DNA from: Synechococcales cyanobacterium VAR_4_metabat_354
Lineage (GTDB): Bacteria > Cyanobacteriota > Cyanobacteriia > Cyanobacteriales > Chamaesiphonaceae
Reading direction: 5' to 3'
Length of the DNA stretch: 64,000 bases
Assembly: GCA_031414775.1 (NCBI GenBank)
Contig: JANOQI010000016.1
Location: 1-64,000 of the forward strand
Position 1 is the stretch's first letter. Each line of letters begins with the position of its first letter. A program made the translations under genes and the position numbers. Shown piece after piece: positions 1 to 11,087 of this stretch. The notes beneath the pieces are model-generated. The model saw only the letters and a list, made by a program, of their open reading frames with translations, ran no database searches and had not been told where the DNA came from.

Positions 1-68
1 CCTCAAAACCCCTCTCAGTAAAGATATTACTCTCTATCCGGTCTCTCGTTTGTTTTTGCCGCTTTACA

Positions 69-97
69 AGCATATCCTTTCTCTCTTCTTGTGTCAA
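69..97 (-). promoter_or_regulatory. Near-consensus sigma70 promoter firing out of the left edge (possibly a stable-RNA/rrn promoter)
   Basis: The minus strand reads TTGACA (97-92), a 17-nt spacer, then TATGCT (74-69), followed by a purine-rich non-coding leader. The target gene lies outside the window. Confidence 0.5.
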
Positions 98-403
98 CTA
101 CTTTCTCCTATCTCTTTTTATTTTGAATCGATAGTTTTGCAGTGGATACTTAGCTTCTTATGAAATATGGTCGGAGATCAGTATTTTAAGTCAGGGCAAA
201 ACTTGGTGTCACTATTGTTAATAAACTCCAGTGATGAGATCATATCCAACGGAGTCTTGCAACTGCGGCAATAAGCGACGTTAGTACACTAACATTAGAT
301 AAAATGAGAACCTGCGATAATGAAGCTGGCATTCTGCGAAGATGTACGGTGCAGCAGGGTACAAAAATAGCCAAATTATAGTTTCTAAAAAAAAGGTTGG
401 GTC

Positions 404-1567
404 GTGGATATTCAAATTGGGAGAGGTAAAAATGCTCGCCGGGCTTATGGCATCGACGAAATCGCTTTGGTACCGGGTCACCGGACGATTGACCCCAGTT
501 TGGCAGATACACGCTGGCAGATCGGTGGTATTGAGCGCGAAATTCCGATCATTGCGAGTGCAATGGATGGGGTCGTTGATGTCAAGATGGCTGTGGAGCT
601 ATCCAAGTTAGGAGCCATAGGAGTTATTAACTTGGAGGGAATCCAAACCCGTTATGATGATCCAAATCCTATTTTGGATCGAATTGCGGCAGTGGGAGTT
701 GATGGCTTTGTAAAACTGATGCAAGAACTCTATGCTCAGCCAGTAGATCCAGCGTTAATTGAACAACGCATTAAGGAAATCAAAGATCAGGGCGGGATTG
801 CAGCAGTTAGTGCTACTCCAGCTGGAGCCAGTAAGTATGGCGAGGTAGTGGCGAAAGCCGGAGCTGATCTATTTTTTATTCAAGCTACGGTAGTGTCTAC
901 TGAGTTTGAGGCACCAGATGGTGTTGTTGCTCTGGATCTAGCTCAGTTCTGTCATGATATGCCGATGCCAGTAATTCTGGGTAACTGTGTTACTTATGAT
1001 GTAACAATTAAGTTGTTGGAAGCTGGAGCAGCAGCAGTTTTGGTTGGTATTGGTCCAGGAGCAGCTTGTACCTCTCGAGGGGTGCTGGGGGTGGGAATTC
1101 CACAAGCTACGGCTGTCGCAGACTGTGCAGCGGCTAGGGATGATTTCTTTGCTAAGACGGGCAAGTATATTCCGATTATTGCTGATGGTGGTTTAGTAAC
1201 TGGCGGTGATATTTGTAAGTGTATTGCCTGTGGGGCTGATGGAGTAATGATTGGTTCACCTTTTGCCCGTGCCCAAGAAGCTCCTGGTCGCGGTTTCCAT
1301 TGGGGAATGGCTACACCTAGCCCTATTTTGCCGAGGGGAACTCGGATCAAGGTTGGGGAAACTGGTTCTTTGAAAGAGATTTTGGTGGGGCCAGCGAGGC
1401 TTGATGATGGCACTCATAATCTCTTGGGCGCTCTGAAAACCAGCATGGGAACACTGGGAGCTAAAACAATTAAGGAAATGCAGCAGGTTGAGGTCGTAAT
1501 TGCGCCGTCTTTGCTGACAGAGGGCAAGGTTTATCAAAAAGCGCAACGTCTCGGTATGGGTAAGTAG
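404..1567 (+). CDS. guaB: IMP dehydrogenase family protein (GuaB3-type)
   Basis: VGIGPGAACTSR catalytic Cys loop, IIADGG motif and SAMDGV; lies upstream of Yfr1-trxA, as is typical in cyanobacteria. Confidence 0.9.
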   Translation: MDIQIGRGKNARRAYGIDEIALVPGHRTIDPSLADTRWQIGGIEREIPIIASAMDGVVDVKMAVELSKLGAIGVINLEGIQTRYDDPNPILDRIAAVGVDGFVKLMQELYAQPVDPALIEQRIKEIKDQGGIAAVSATPAGASKYGEVVAKAGADLFFIQATVVSTEFEAPDGVVALDLAQFCHDMPMPVILGNCVTYDVTIKLLEAGAAAVLVGIGPGAACTSRGVLGVGIPQATAVADCAAARDDFFAKTGKYIPIIADGGLVTGGDICKCIACGADGVMIGSPFARAQEAPGRGFHWGMATPSPILPRGTRIKVGETGSLKEILVGPARLDDGTHNLLGALKTSMGTLGAKTIKEMQQVEVVIAPSLLTEGKVYQKAQRLGMGK

Positions 1568-1642
1568 GTACAGAAATATTCTGGTGGTGTAAATCGGATG
1601 AATCGCCCACATCACTTGATATCTACTGTTACAATTGAGGCT

Positions 1643-1713
1643 AACGGAGACTGATGTTTCCGTTCACTCCTCACACCACTACTCCGCCTGGAACTTTGTT
1701 TCGGGCGGTTCCT
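1643..1713 (+). ncRNA. yfr1: Yfr1 small RNA
   Basis: 5' hairpin AACGGAGAC..GTTTCCGTT, the conserved unpaired ACTCCTCACAC at 1666-1676, and terminator hairpin CCGCCTGGA..TTCGGGCGG. Extended -10 TGTTACAAT at 1627-1635. Canonical guaB-trxA location. Confidence 0.93.
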
Positions 1714-1894
1714 TATACAATTGAGAATAACTGTTGCAGACTATTACAGCTTCCGATCGAACTCAGGTATTTAGTTTTCAGTGGTAAAATGCATAGGGGA
1801 GGTCTAATCTTAGATTTTTCCACCGTTAGTTTGGTATTTTACCCATGGTAGAATTGCCTGAAAGTTTGGACTATTAAGATAAGGAATTACAGTA

Positions 1895-2215
1895 ATGGCA
1901 GCACCAGCAGTTACAGATGCATCTTTTAAGGATGACGTTCTAGATAGTGAAGTTCCAGTATTAGTGGATTTTTGGGCACCGTGGTGTGGCCCCTGCCGCC
2001 TAGTTGGACCAGTTGTCGATGAGTTAGCACAGCAGTATGAAGGCAAAGTAAAGGTTGTCAAGCTGAATACTGACGATAATCCTAATGTGGCTAGCCAGTA
2101 TGGTATTCGGAGTATACCTACTTTGATGATTTTCAAGGGTGGGCAAAAGGTAGAGACTGTGGTTGGAGCAGTTCCTAAAACTACTCTGTGCAATACGATC
2201 GAAAAGCATTTGTAA
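1895..2215 (+). CDS. trxA: Thioredoxin (m-type)
   Basis: WCGPC active site; 106 aa; AAGGA RBS. Confidence 0.97.
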   Translation: MAAPAVTDASFKDDVLDSEVPVLVDFWAPWCGPCRLVGPVVDELAQQYEGKVKVVKLNTDDNPNVASQYGIRSIPTLMIFKGGQKVETVVGAVPKTTLCNTIEKHL

Positions 2216-2348
2216 TGCTCTGGATCGTGAAGGCTGGTTCATTACATTGTGAGTAGTCAGCAACAATTTCCAAAATAGTGTTGTAATTTTTTTAGCAAGC
2301 GCCTTTGGTACAATCCTGAAGGCGTTTGCTTTTGCCTAAAATATTGAT

Positions 2349-3398
2349 ATGAATAATTCTGATTCTCTAAAACAAGATTTAGAGAGCTTAGTCGATCGAC
2401 TACCAACACTACCTTATGGCAAGTGGATAACCAGAGCGTTATCAACTATTGTACGATTGGCTGAAGAAGACGTAGACCGGCTAGATTGGAAAATTTTGAG
2501 CGCTGCCGTAGAAGATATGGAGCGTGCTTTTCAAGTCTTTTATAACTATCGTCATGTTCGTAAAATTGCCGTCTTTGGATCGGCACGCACTCCTGATGAT
2601 CAAGTAGAATATCAAATGGCTAAGCAGTTTGCCCAGCAAGCCACCAAGCAAGGGTTTATGGTAATTACTGGTGCGGGCGGCGGCATCATGGAAGCAGCAA
2701 ATCAGGGAGCTGGTAAAGAGTATTCTTTTGGCTTGAATATTCAATTGCCCTACGAACAAGAAGCAAACTCCTTTATAGAGAATGATCCTAAGCTGATGCA
2801 CTTTAAATACTTCTTCACGCGCAAGTTATTTTTCTTGCGCGAAAGTGATGCGATCGCACTCTTTCCGGGGGGATTTGGCACTCATGATGAGGCATTAGAA
2901 TGCTTGACTCTTTGTCAAACTGGCCGCCATGAACCGATTCCAATGATCTTAATTGATAAACCAGGTGGTAGCTATTGGCGAGATTGGGATGCCTATATCA
3001 GAAAGCATTTGGTAGATAACCAACTAATTAGCGCTGAAGACACGAGTCTGTATACTTTAACTGACAGTTTGGATGAAGCTTACGACCAAATATGTAATTT
3101 CTATCAGATTTATCACTCTAGCCGCTATGTTAAAGAGCTATTAGTGATTCGACTAGAGCAAGATATCAGTGAGGCTGAGCTAGATACCTTAAACCAAAAG
3201 TTTGCAGACATCCTCGCTAGTGGTCAAATTACCCGCACGGCAGCTTTAGATGCAGAAATTGGTGATCCGACAGAGCATTTACCGCGCCTACTATTACATT
3301 TTAATCAGCGAGATTCAGGACGGCTATACCAAATGATTCAGATGATTAATCAGATGGGTAAAGGTTTAGGCTGCAACGTCCAACCACAAACTAAATAG
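2349..3398 (+). CDS. LOG family (lysine decarboxylase-like) nucleotide-binding protein
   Basis: VFGSAR, ITGAGGGIMEAAN, FKYFFTRK and PGGFGTxDE motifs. Confidence 0.85.
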   Translation: MNNSDSLKQDLESLVDRLPTLPYGKWITRALSTIVRLAEEDVDRLDWKILSAAVEDMERAFQVFYNYRHVRKIAVFGSARTPDDQVEYQMAKQFAQQATKQGFMVITGAGGGIMEAANQGAGKEYSFGLNIQLPYEQEANSFIENDPKLMHFKYFFTRKLFFLRESDAIALFPGGFGTHDEALECLTLCQTGRHEPIPMILIDKPGGSYWRDWDAYIRKHLVDNQLISAEDTSLYTLTDSLDEAYDQICNFYQIYHSSRYVKELLVIRLEQDISEAELDTLNQKFADILASGQITRTAALDAEIGDPTEHLPRLLLHFNQRDSGRLYQMIQMINQMGKGLGCNVQPQTK

Positions 3399-3403
3399 AG
3401 ACT

Positions 3404-4345
3404 TCACTTAGCTATCTGTACTTCGCGGTAAGCGTCATAGACACCTTGTACAGTGTAACGGTTCAAGAAAATTCGGGCTACTTGCTCGGCTAATTGGGGT
3501 TGGTCTCGATCGATCAACCACTGCATGACTGGTTGCAATGTTTTTTCATTTAAGGTGCCGCCGATAGTCAAGATTCCCCACAGCATTCGATGGAGAAGGG
3601 TCATTTGAATCATCATTTTGACATCCCAGGTGGGGTGTTTTTGGTAAAAAACCACGCCCATTTTACCCCGTTGAATTTCTTGATCAATCAGATGGGGAAT
3701 CCGATCGAGCGAGAAAGCCGGATGCCAATGGTAACCAACAGCAGCTGGGCATTTAATCATCTTCAAGCCCAAATTTTTAAGCCGCACTCCTAATTCCAGA
3801 TCCTCCCAGCCGTACAGCTGAAAACCTAGGTCAAACAAACCGGCTTCAATCAACCAGTGGCGAGCGATCGAGACATTACCCGTCGCAAAATAGGCGTTAG
3901 AAAAATCGGTGACCTTATAAGGTTCAGCTGTGGGATCAGTAAAATTACAGGTGTTGATCACGGCACCATAAATAAACAGTCGATCACTACCTAATTCACG
4001 CTGTCCAGCAATCAACTGATTAGCATGGGATTCCAGAAAGCAGTCAGTAACCACCAAATCACTGTCAATAAAAATAATCGTATCGCCTTCAGCTTTTTCT
4101 ACACCCAGATTGCGTGCTGCTGCTGGGCCTTGGTGAGCCTGAGTCAGCAACCGGGTATGGGGCAAAATCTCGGTATTGTTATTCAGCCAATCGATTGTGC
4201 CATCAGTAGAACCATCATCGACCACCACGATCTCATAGCCAGTAACCGGACTATCAGCACCAAATACCTGCTGCTCTAAAGCCTTCAAACACTTTTCCAG
4301 AATTGGTAATCGATTATAGGTGGGAATCACTATACTGAAAAACAC
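3404..4345 (-). CDS. Glycosyltransferase family 2
   Basis: SIVIPTYNR, VVDDGSTD, FIDSD and GWEDLELG motifs. Confidence 0.9.
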   Translation of the reverse strand: MFFSIVIPTYNRLPILEKCLKALEQQVFGADSPVTGYEIVVVDDGSTDGTIDWLNNNTEILPHTRLLTQAHQGPAAARNLGVEKAEGDTIIFIDSDLVVTDCFLESHANQLIAGQRELGSDRLFIYGAVINTCNFTDPTAEPYKVTDFSNAYFATGNVSIARHWLIEAGLFDLGFQLYGWEDLELGVRLKNLGLKMIKCPAAVGYHWHPAFSLDRIPHLIDQEIQRGKMGVVFYQKHPTWDVKMMIQMTLLHRMLWGILTIGGTLNEKTLQPVMQWLIDRDQPQLAEQVARIFLNRYTVQGVYDAYREVQIAK

Positions 4346-4375
4346 CGGCTACCCTCAAATATTAACAACTCTAGT

Positions 4376-7363
4376 TTAGCCAGTATTACGCATCCCGGCA
4401 GCAATTCCATTGATCGTCAGCAAGGCTCCATCCAGCAAGTCACTCTTCTTATCGCGGTAGGCCGTTGGCAGTTGGGAGTCATACTGGCGCAATCTACGCA
4501 ATAAAGACACTTGAAGAAAGCCCAAAGGCACAATACTACCATTACGCAGCTGTACCGAACGTTGCAGTTCCGGATTATCTTCTAGAAGTTGAGAGTGACC
4601 AGAAATCTCTAATACTAGCTGACAGGTAAGATCGAACTCGGCCTCGATCTCTTTGAACATCACCATAAACCTACCATGGTCTTCCGGCTTGGCTAGTTCT
4701 TCGACATAATGCTGAGCAATCTGCATATCAACCTTGGCCAAAGTCATCTCTACTTTTGAAATAGCCATCCGGAAAAAGCGCCAATCCCGATAGAAAGATC
4801 GCAGCATTCGAAAATTGATTTCCGGGTTTTCTTGAATAAATTCAGCCAATGCCGAGCCAACACCGTACCAAGCAGGTAGCAGAAAGCGACTTTGCGTCCA
4901 GCTAAATACCCAGGGGATCGCCCGCAAGCTCTCTAAATCCTTCTTTCCTTTCCGCCGCGCTGGCCGAGAGCTGATTTGGAGTTTACTAATTTCTTCGATC
5001 GGAGTAACTTGATGAAAAAATTCTATAAACTCTGGTCGTTCATAAATTAATTTACGGTAATGAGTACGCGACTTGGCGGATAACTCTTCCATAATCTCGT
5101 TCCAGCCCGCGATGTCATCATAGCCACTGCTTAGTAAGCTAGTACCGATGACGGCGGTGGCTACTTTTTCTAGGTTATATAGAGCTAGTTCTGGCAAAGA
5201 ATACTTAGAAGCTAAGACCTCGCCTTGTTCAGTGATTTTAATGCGGCCATTCACACTATTACCCGGCTGGGCACGAATTGCATCATAGGAAGGTCCACCA
5301 CCACGACCGACCGAACCACCCCGCCCATGGAAAATCCGCAGTTTTACAGCGTATTGATCGGCGATTTGTTGGAGAGATTTTTGAGCTTTATGGATCTCCC
5401 AATTGCTACTCAAAAAACCAGAATCTTTATTACTGTCCGAATAACCGAGCATCACTTCTTGCAGATCGAGAGTGAGAGTTGAGTGATGAGCAGCTGGATC
5501 ATAACCGCCACTGAGATTCGATCGATACAGAGGTAAAGCAAAAAGAGCATCCATTACAAATGGCGCTTTTTGCAAATCCTCCACAGTTTCAAATAGCGGC
5601 ACAATCCGCAGCGTTCCCATCCCAGTGGCTGGATCATATAATCCTACTTCTTTAGCCAGTAACATTACTTCTAAGACATCGCTGACATCACGATTCATAC
5701 TAATGATGTAGGTATGGCAAATTTCTAGGCCAAACTCCTGCTGCATTAATCGCACAATTCGCAAAGTCTCGATCGATTCTCTGGTCTCCGCCGAAAAAGG
5801 TAGCTCGGTAGGAATCAGAGGACGACGGGTTTTTAATTCGCTCACCAACCAAGCGACTCGTTCAGCTTCAGTCAGCTCCAAATAGGGGCGGGGCAGAATT
5901 TGCAAGTAGTTAGTAATTTCGGCCACCGTATTGGCATGAACCGAACTCTCTTGTCTAATATCCAGATGGGTCAGATTAAAGCCAAAAACCTCTACCTGGC
6001 AAATCAAATTTTCAACAGCACTTACTGATAAGGAATTTTGCGCCAAACTATTCCGAATAATTTGTAATTCTTGCAAAAATTCTTGGCTACTACTGTAATA
6101 GGTATGAGCAGGCTCCAGTTCGCGGTGCAGAGCATGTAACAACTCCCGCGCCGCTACTTGCTCATTGCGCTTAATCGTATTTTCCAGGCGCAACAAAATA
6201 TAAGCCAGCTTCATTCGGTAAGGTTCACGAATATAGCGATGGGCAATATCGCTATAAAGCTGAGGCAAATAAGTAGCGTCCCGACCCAAGGTATCTAGTA
6301 GTTCTGCTGAAACTTGACTACGATTCGCCGATAAACTCAATAAACTATTCAGCTCTTTAACGGCCTGATAATACTTACCCAAGACAATACCCCGCTGGTA
6401 ACAGGCCGTTTGCCAAGTTACTTGCGCCGTCACCGAGGGATTACCATCTCGATCGGAACCTACCCAGGAACCAAATCGGCAGAAATCATGGGCAGGTGGT
6501 GCAATATCTGGAAAAGATTTCTGCAAAGAGTATTTAAGGCGCTGAAATAACTGCGGTACCGCATCAAATAATACTTCCTGAAAATAGTGCAGCGTATAGT
6601 CTACTTCATCTAAGACAGAAGGCTTAAACTGATGAATTTCGTCGGTAAACCACCACAACCGAATCTCTTCTCGGAGTAGTTCAGTTAATCTGGCCACTTC
6701 CCAAGAATTACTAGTAGACAAATCACTAGCATCATCCACCTCTCGATCGATCTGCTCTAGAAGCTCCGAAATACGCCGCTGCTTAGTACGAATAGTATGG
6801 CGCACTATCTCAGTCGGATGGGCAGTGAACACTAAATTAATATCCAGATTGGCTAGCAGCTGCCGAATATAATTGGGGGGAACGTTGACATCTTTAAGAT
6901 AAATAAATAAAGACTGGAAGGTATCCGGATCCTTAGCCCAAGACCGATCTAAAATATCAGCATCAGATGCACCAACCGCAGTTTCTGAGTAAGTACTTGC
7001 CACCGGCATACCACCATGGCGGTGACGCAAAAAATACTGGCGGTCTTTTTGCTCGCAGTGCTGTTCGACAATATTGATCAGCTGAAAATATAAAGCAAAA
7101 GCCCGTACTGCTTTCACCGCGTCTTCTAGTTTCAGATCGGCAATCAGCGTATGAACGGCACCATCGATCGTATTAGTAGCTTGGCCTTCAGGAGAGCAAA
7201 GATCCCGGAGCCGCTGCAATAGCTCCACTAATTCCGAACCGTAGGCTTCGGATAACACATCCTCCCACAAGTCTTCGATAAATTTAGTGTATTGATGTGA
7301 TGAAGACGGGAGTGAAAATATCGCCATTGGTTCTAGCTGAGACGGATGAAGTTGCTGACTCAT
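4376..7363 (-). CDS. ppc: Phosphoenolpyruvate carboxylase
   Basis: [43 protein letters not shown] and C-terminal MRNTG. Confidence 0.98.
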   Translation of the reverse strand: MSQQLHPSQLEPMAIFSLPSSSHQYTKFIEDLWEDVLSEAYGSELVELLQRLRDLCSPEGQATNTIDGAVHTLIADLKLEDAVKAVRAFALYFQLINIVEQHCEQKDRQYFLRHRHGGMPVASTYSETAVGASDADILDRSWAKDPDTFQSLFIYLKDVNVPPNYIRQLLANLDINLVFTAHPTEIVRHTIRTKQRRISELLEQIDREVDDASDLSTSNSWEVARLTELLREEIRLWWFTDEIHQFKPSVLDEVDYTLHYFQEVLFDAVPQLFQRLKYSLQKSFPDIAPPAHDFCRFGSWVGSDRDGNPSVTAQVTWQTACYQRGIVLGKYYQAVKELNSLLSLSANRSQVSAELLDTLGRDATYLPQLYSDIAHRYIREPYRMKLAYILLRLENTIKRNEQVAARELLHALHRELEPAHTYYSSSQEFLQELQIIRNSLAQNSLSVSAVENLICQVEVFGFNLTHLDIRQESSVHANTVAEITNYLQILPRPYLELTEAERVAWLVSELKTRRPLIPTELPFSAETRESIETLRIVRLMQQEFGLEICHTYIISMNRDVSDVLEVMLLAKEVGLYDPATGMGTLRIVPLFETVEDLQKAPFVMDALFALPLYRSNLSGGYDPAAHHSTLTLDLQEVMLGYSDSNKDSGFLSSNWEIHKAQKSLQQIADQYAVKLRIFHGRGGSVGRGGGPSYDAIRAQPGNSVNGRIKITEQGEVLASKYSLPELALYNLEKVATAVIGTSLLSSGYDDIAGWNEIMEELSAKSRTHYRKLIYERPEFIEFFHQVTPIEEISKLQISSRPARRKGKKDLESLRAIPWVFSWTQSRFLLPAWYGVGSALAEFIQENPEINFRMLRSFYRDWRFFRMAISKVEMTLAKVDMQIAQHYVEELAKPEDHGRFMVMFKEIEAEFDLTCQLVLEISGHSQLLEDNPELQRSVQLRNGSIVPLGFLQVSLLRRLRQYDSQLPTAYRDKKSDLLDGALLTINGIAAGMRNTG

Positions 7364-7448
7364 AAAGACACTAAGCAGATAGACAGGCTAATAAGATCGA
7401 GCAATAAAGCACAACTCCTAACAATGAAACTTACCACACCAGCAAAAC

Positions 7449-7625
7449 CTACGACTGATCGGGAAAAGGCAAAATGGGCAATCGATCGCCGCGAAAAATC
7501 TCTTCACTGCTCACACCCAACTGTTCCACATGATGAAGAATGGACTCCATGATAACTATTACCGACAAAATCGGCACACTGGCTAAGCAAATACCGAGTG
7601 TAGGGGATACTGGTGAAGGGTTCAC
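7449..7625 (-). CDS. Small conserved cyanobacterial hypothetical protein (probable GTG start at 7625, ~58 aa)
   Basis: Hydrophobic segment followed by GVSSEEIFRGDRLPILPFP, a motif I recall from small cyanobacterial hypothetical proteins. The start is uncertain (ORF extends to 7727). Confidence 0.6.
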   Translation of the reverse strand: MNPSPVSPTLGICLASVPILSVIVIMESILHHVEQLGVSSEEIFRGDRLPILPFPDQS

Positions 7626-7860
7626 AGCTGCTGAACTCAGAGATAAAGAAGGATTAGAAAACAAAAGTAACAACCTCAACAAGCTGGTATAAGATACCGA
7701 GATGAGCTGCTGAAAGCACAAGGACAACTTTCACAAAACACCACACCCACTAGTAATCTGACGGACATCGCGGATAGTTGGAAATGTCAGTCATCATCAT
7801 AGCGTATCAGCGTTGAGTTGAATAGTTACTGACCTTTGTAGATAAAACCTCTGTTCATCT

Positions 7861-8622
7861 TTATGCTTCAGCACTGTCCTCAGTTGCAGCAACAGCGATC
7901 GCCATTTCTACCACACCTAATACCACAGTGATATTGTCACTGCCACCATTATTTTTGGCAGCATCGACCAAGATCTGGGGCAGTTCCGCCACAGATTTCG
8001 ACTTTAGATAAGTTGCAATCTCCCCATCGGAGACCTCTTCAGTTAAACCATCGCTACAGAGCAACACCAGATCACCAGCTTCAACATCAACAGTGCGAAT
8101 GTTTACCTGGCGCAAATCTCGTCGCCCTAAACAGTGAGACAATACGTGCCGTAGCGGATGGGTGCGAGCTTCATCAGCGGTTAGCTGATTCATTTTCATA
8201 GCCCTTGCCACCCAGGTATCATCCTCGGTAATTTGGGTAAGAGTGTCATCTCTAAAACGATAGAGACGAGAATCACCAACATGAGCTGCCCAGACCTGAT
8301 CTTCTTGAAATAGGATTAGCACAGCCGTTGTACCCATATCAGCGCGCTGTGGATTACGCACTTGGTCTTCCACGATCGCTTCATTGGCCGCAAGCAAAGA
8401 TTCTTCTAACAGCTGACTGATTTCAACTGTATCATTCCAGTTTTGCTCAATGTGTTCTTTGATTGTTTTGATCGCGATTTGACTGGCTTCCTCACCACCG
8501 GCATGACCGCCCATCCCATCGGCCACAATAGAAAACCGGCCAGCTGGATCGACATAGTGCGAATCCTGGTTGGCACTACGTACCATGCCTTTATCAGTGA
8601 GATCCAGAAAATTAGACTTCAT
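7861..8622 (-). CDS. PP2C-family Ser/Thr protein phosphatase (PphA/Stp1-like)
   Basis: VADGMGGH, MGTT, HVGDSR, LCSDGL and GGSDNIT motifs. Confidence 0.93.
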   Translation of the reverse strand: MKSNFLDLTDKGMVRSANQDSHYVDPAGRFSIVADGMGGHAGGEEASQIAIKTIKEHIEQNWNDTVEISQLLEESLLAANEAIVEDQVRNPQRADMGTTAVLILFQEDQVWAAHVGDSRLYRFRDDTLTQITEDDTWVARAMKMNQLTADEARTHPLRHVLSHCLGRRDLRQVNIRTVDVEAGDLVLLCSDGLTEEVSDGEIATYLKSKSVAELPQILVDAAKNNGGSDNITVVLGVVEMAIAVAATEDSAEA

Positions 8623-8837
8623 ACATTTGCCTATGACACAAACTTCGGACTAGTAAAAGGTTTTGGAAATGGTAAACACTTCATTGGAAAATTAAGCCAA
8701 ATTGCATGATATGCCAGTTTGGTATTCTTGTATAGCTATTTTGATTATGTACAGCCATTCTAAGTAATTCTCTCTTTCTCAATTTGGGGATTTGCAGTTA
8801 ACGTTGAACTGTAGTTTTAACCGTAAAATAAATTCAG

Positions 8838-10604
8838 TTAAAAAGTTCGATCCGATTTTTCGATGCGGCGGAGATGGCGAATAAGAACAATTGCTAAACT
8901 TAAAGCTAGTATGCCCATTATGCCAGCTAAAATCAAAAATTTTGTGATGTACAACATGGTAGCCGACAGGGTAAAGGTACCCACCAGTAGTGCATAGTTA
9001 GTACCCTGTTGCATGGCAATCATCCGGCGCATAATTCGATCGGTCTCGGTTGATCGAACGCGCACCCGCAAATCACCTCGTTCTAGCTTCTCGATCGTAT
9101 CTTCAATCCGACGCGGTAGACCCAGGGCAGAAGTACTCACCTGGGCTGCTTGCCGACCTAACTCACCTAAGAAACTGCCCGCATCGGGTGTAATATTACC
9201 GTTCGTCATAAGCTGTAGGGCATAAGGTTGTGCCGCCTCCATAAAGTTAAAATCGGGGTCTAAGCCCTTACCCACCCCTTCTATTGTCGAAAAAGCCCGC
9301 ATTACAAAGGTGAAGGTGGCCGGAAACCGAAAGGGTTGATCATAGGCAATTTCGTAGAGATCGTCGCTGATTTGGGATATGGACTGCGCCTCAAAGGGCT
9401 TGTCCATAAAATTATCGAGCATGTATTGGATCGATCGACGCATCGGGCTAACATCACCAACAGCAGCAATTACCCCCAAATCCACCAAAGACATCAACAC
9501 CTGGTCGGCATTTTTTTGGACGATACCACTCAGGGTACCCATGAGCTTTTCTTTGGTTAAAATGCCGATTTTGCCCATCATCCCAAAATCATAAAAAATC
9601 AGCTGGCCAGCAGGGCTGACCGCCACGTTCCCCGGATGGGGATCAGCATGGAAAAATCCATCAGCCAAAATCTGGCGCAGATAGGCTTGGGCGCTAAGTA
9701 AAGCAATTTGCTTACGATCGATCCCAGCAGCTTCGAGGGCTTCATAATGACTGATTTTGATGCCTGGTAAATATTCGAGGGTCAAAACCTGCGGCGAAGA
9801 ATAGCGCCAAAAAATTCGGGGCACCATCACCCAATCTTCCCCCCGAAAATTGCGACGGAAGGTGTCAGCATTTTGGCCTTCTTGCAAGTAGTCAGTTTCT
9901 TCCCACAGAATTTTGCAACATTCATCGTAAATCCCCATCCAGTCACGGCCTTTGCCCCACTTGCGATGGTTCTGAAAATACCGGGCAATGCCGCGCAGAA
10001 TCTCTAGATCGATCGTAAATAGTTTTTGAAGTCCCGGTCGCTGGACTTTGACCACCACATTTTCACCACTGTGCAACTGAGATTGATGCACCTGGCCCAG
10101 ACTAGCGGCCGCTAGCGGTATCGGATCAAAGCTGGCAAATAATTCAGGAACGCTCTTTCCTAATTCTCGCTCGATAATTTGCTCTACCACCTCGTAGCCA
10201 AAAGCTGGCACCCGATCTTGCAGCTTGCTTAACTCTTCCACATACTCAGCCGGAAAAAGATCGGCACGGGTGGAAAATAGCTGACCCAACTTAATAAAAG
10301 TTGGACCGAGTTCTAGGAAGGTATCGCGCACCCAAATGGCCTGCCGCCGTCGCCGACTATTCAGTTTAGCCTCGGTATAGCCTCCTACGTAACTCCATTT
10401 TTTGCCCGCCAACCACGAACTATTCAAGAAACTGAGGACGAAATACCAAATATCCACATAACGACGGCGCCGCGAGTAATTTTCTCGGTTCCAACGGTAA
10501 TTATTGTTACTCTCAGTAAACTGTTTGGACATATCAGAGTCTGGCAACTCCAGGATGGGATTCTGGGATTGCAATGACAAGAGTAGAGAAGTGGTAGCAG
10601 GCAC
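8838..10604 (-). CDS. ABC1/AarF/UbiB family atypical kinase
   Basis: LGPTFIKLGQ, AAASLGQVH, VVKVQRP, FFHADPHPGN and DFGM motifs; C-terminal TM helices. Confidence 0.93.
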   Translation of the reverse strand: MPATTSLLLSLQSQNPILELPDSDMSKQFTESNNNYRWNRENYSRRRRYVDIWYFVLSFLNSSWLAGKKWSYVGGYTEAKLNSRRRRQAIWVRDTFLELGPTFIKLGQLFSTRADLFPAEYVEELSKLQDRVPAFGYEVVEQIIERELGKSVPELFASFDPIPLAAASLGQVHQSQLHSGENVVVKVQRPGLQKLFTIDLEILRGIARYFQNHRKWGKGRDWMGIYDECCKILWEETDYLQEGQNADTFRRNFRGEDWVMVPRIFWRYSSPQVLTLEYLPGIKISHYEALEAAGIDRKQIALLSAQAYLRQILADGFFHADPHPGNVAVSPAGQLIFYDFGMMGKIGILTKEKLMGTLSGIVQKNADQVLMSLVDLGVIAAVGDVSPMRRSIQYMLDNFMDKPFEAQSISQISDDLYEIAYDQPFRFPATFTFVMRAFSTIEGVGKGLDPDFNFMEAAQPYALQLMTNGNITPDAGSFLGELGRQAAQVSTSALGLPRRIEDTIEKLERGDLRVRVRSTETDRIMRRMIAMQQGTNYALLVGTFTLSATMLYITKFLILAGIMGILALSLAIVLIRHLRRIEKSDRTF

Positions 10605-10630
10605 GCTGGCTGTTTACGGGGGTGAAGGAA

Positions 10631-10930
10631 TTAAACACGATTCCGATAACGCTGAAGTTCCGCCCGCAGCCTAGCGATTTCGGCGCGGAGGTCATCGATC
10701 GTTTCTTGCAAATCAGTGGAGACAGCTTTATGATGCCCAGAACTAAAGCCGGTCTCTTGCTCGGCGCGATCAATCACTTCTTGAGTAAACTGCTTGAGCT
10801 TTTCGCGCTGTTCGGCATCAAATTTGCCCAGCTCGCTTAAACCTACTGTCAGAGTCTCACTCACTTTGTCATTGATAGCTTGGGCGAAGGCTCGACCGAT
10901 AAAAAAGCTGTTAGTAACGGGGTTTGTCAT
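10631..10930 (-). CDS. Conserved cyanobacterial coiled-coil hypothetical protein, co-oriented with the ABC1 kinase
   Basis: FFIGRAFA..DLQETIDDLRAEIARLRAELQRYR coiled-coil pattern; short gap to the kinase gene. Confidence 0.75.
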   Translation of the reverse strand: MTNPVTNSFFIGRAFAQAINDKVSETLTVGLSELGKFDAEQREKLKQFTQEVIDRAEQETGFSSGHHKAVSTDLQETIDDLRAEIARLRAELQRYRNRV

Positions 10931-11087
10931 TGCTGCTGGTATTGTTTACAGTCTCGTAAAGAATTATAACGCGGTGCTGAAAGAATTTGGTAAGGAATCC
11001 CGATCAGAATTAATTTCGGATTAATTTTTGAGCATCGACATTGAAATTGTTATGTCATCGGCTTAAGCTGGTTTCTAGGCCACCTGT

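Noticed and set aside
1654..1851. 65-aa ORF between guaB and trxA
   Set aside because: It overlaps Yfr1 and runs through its terminator.
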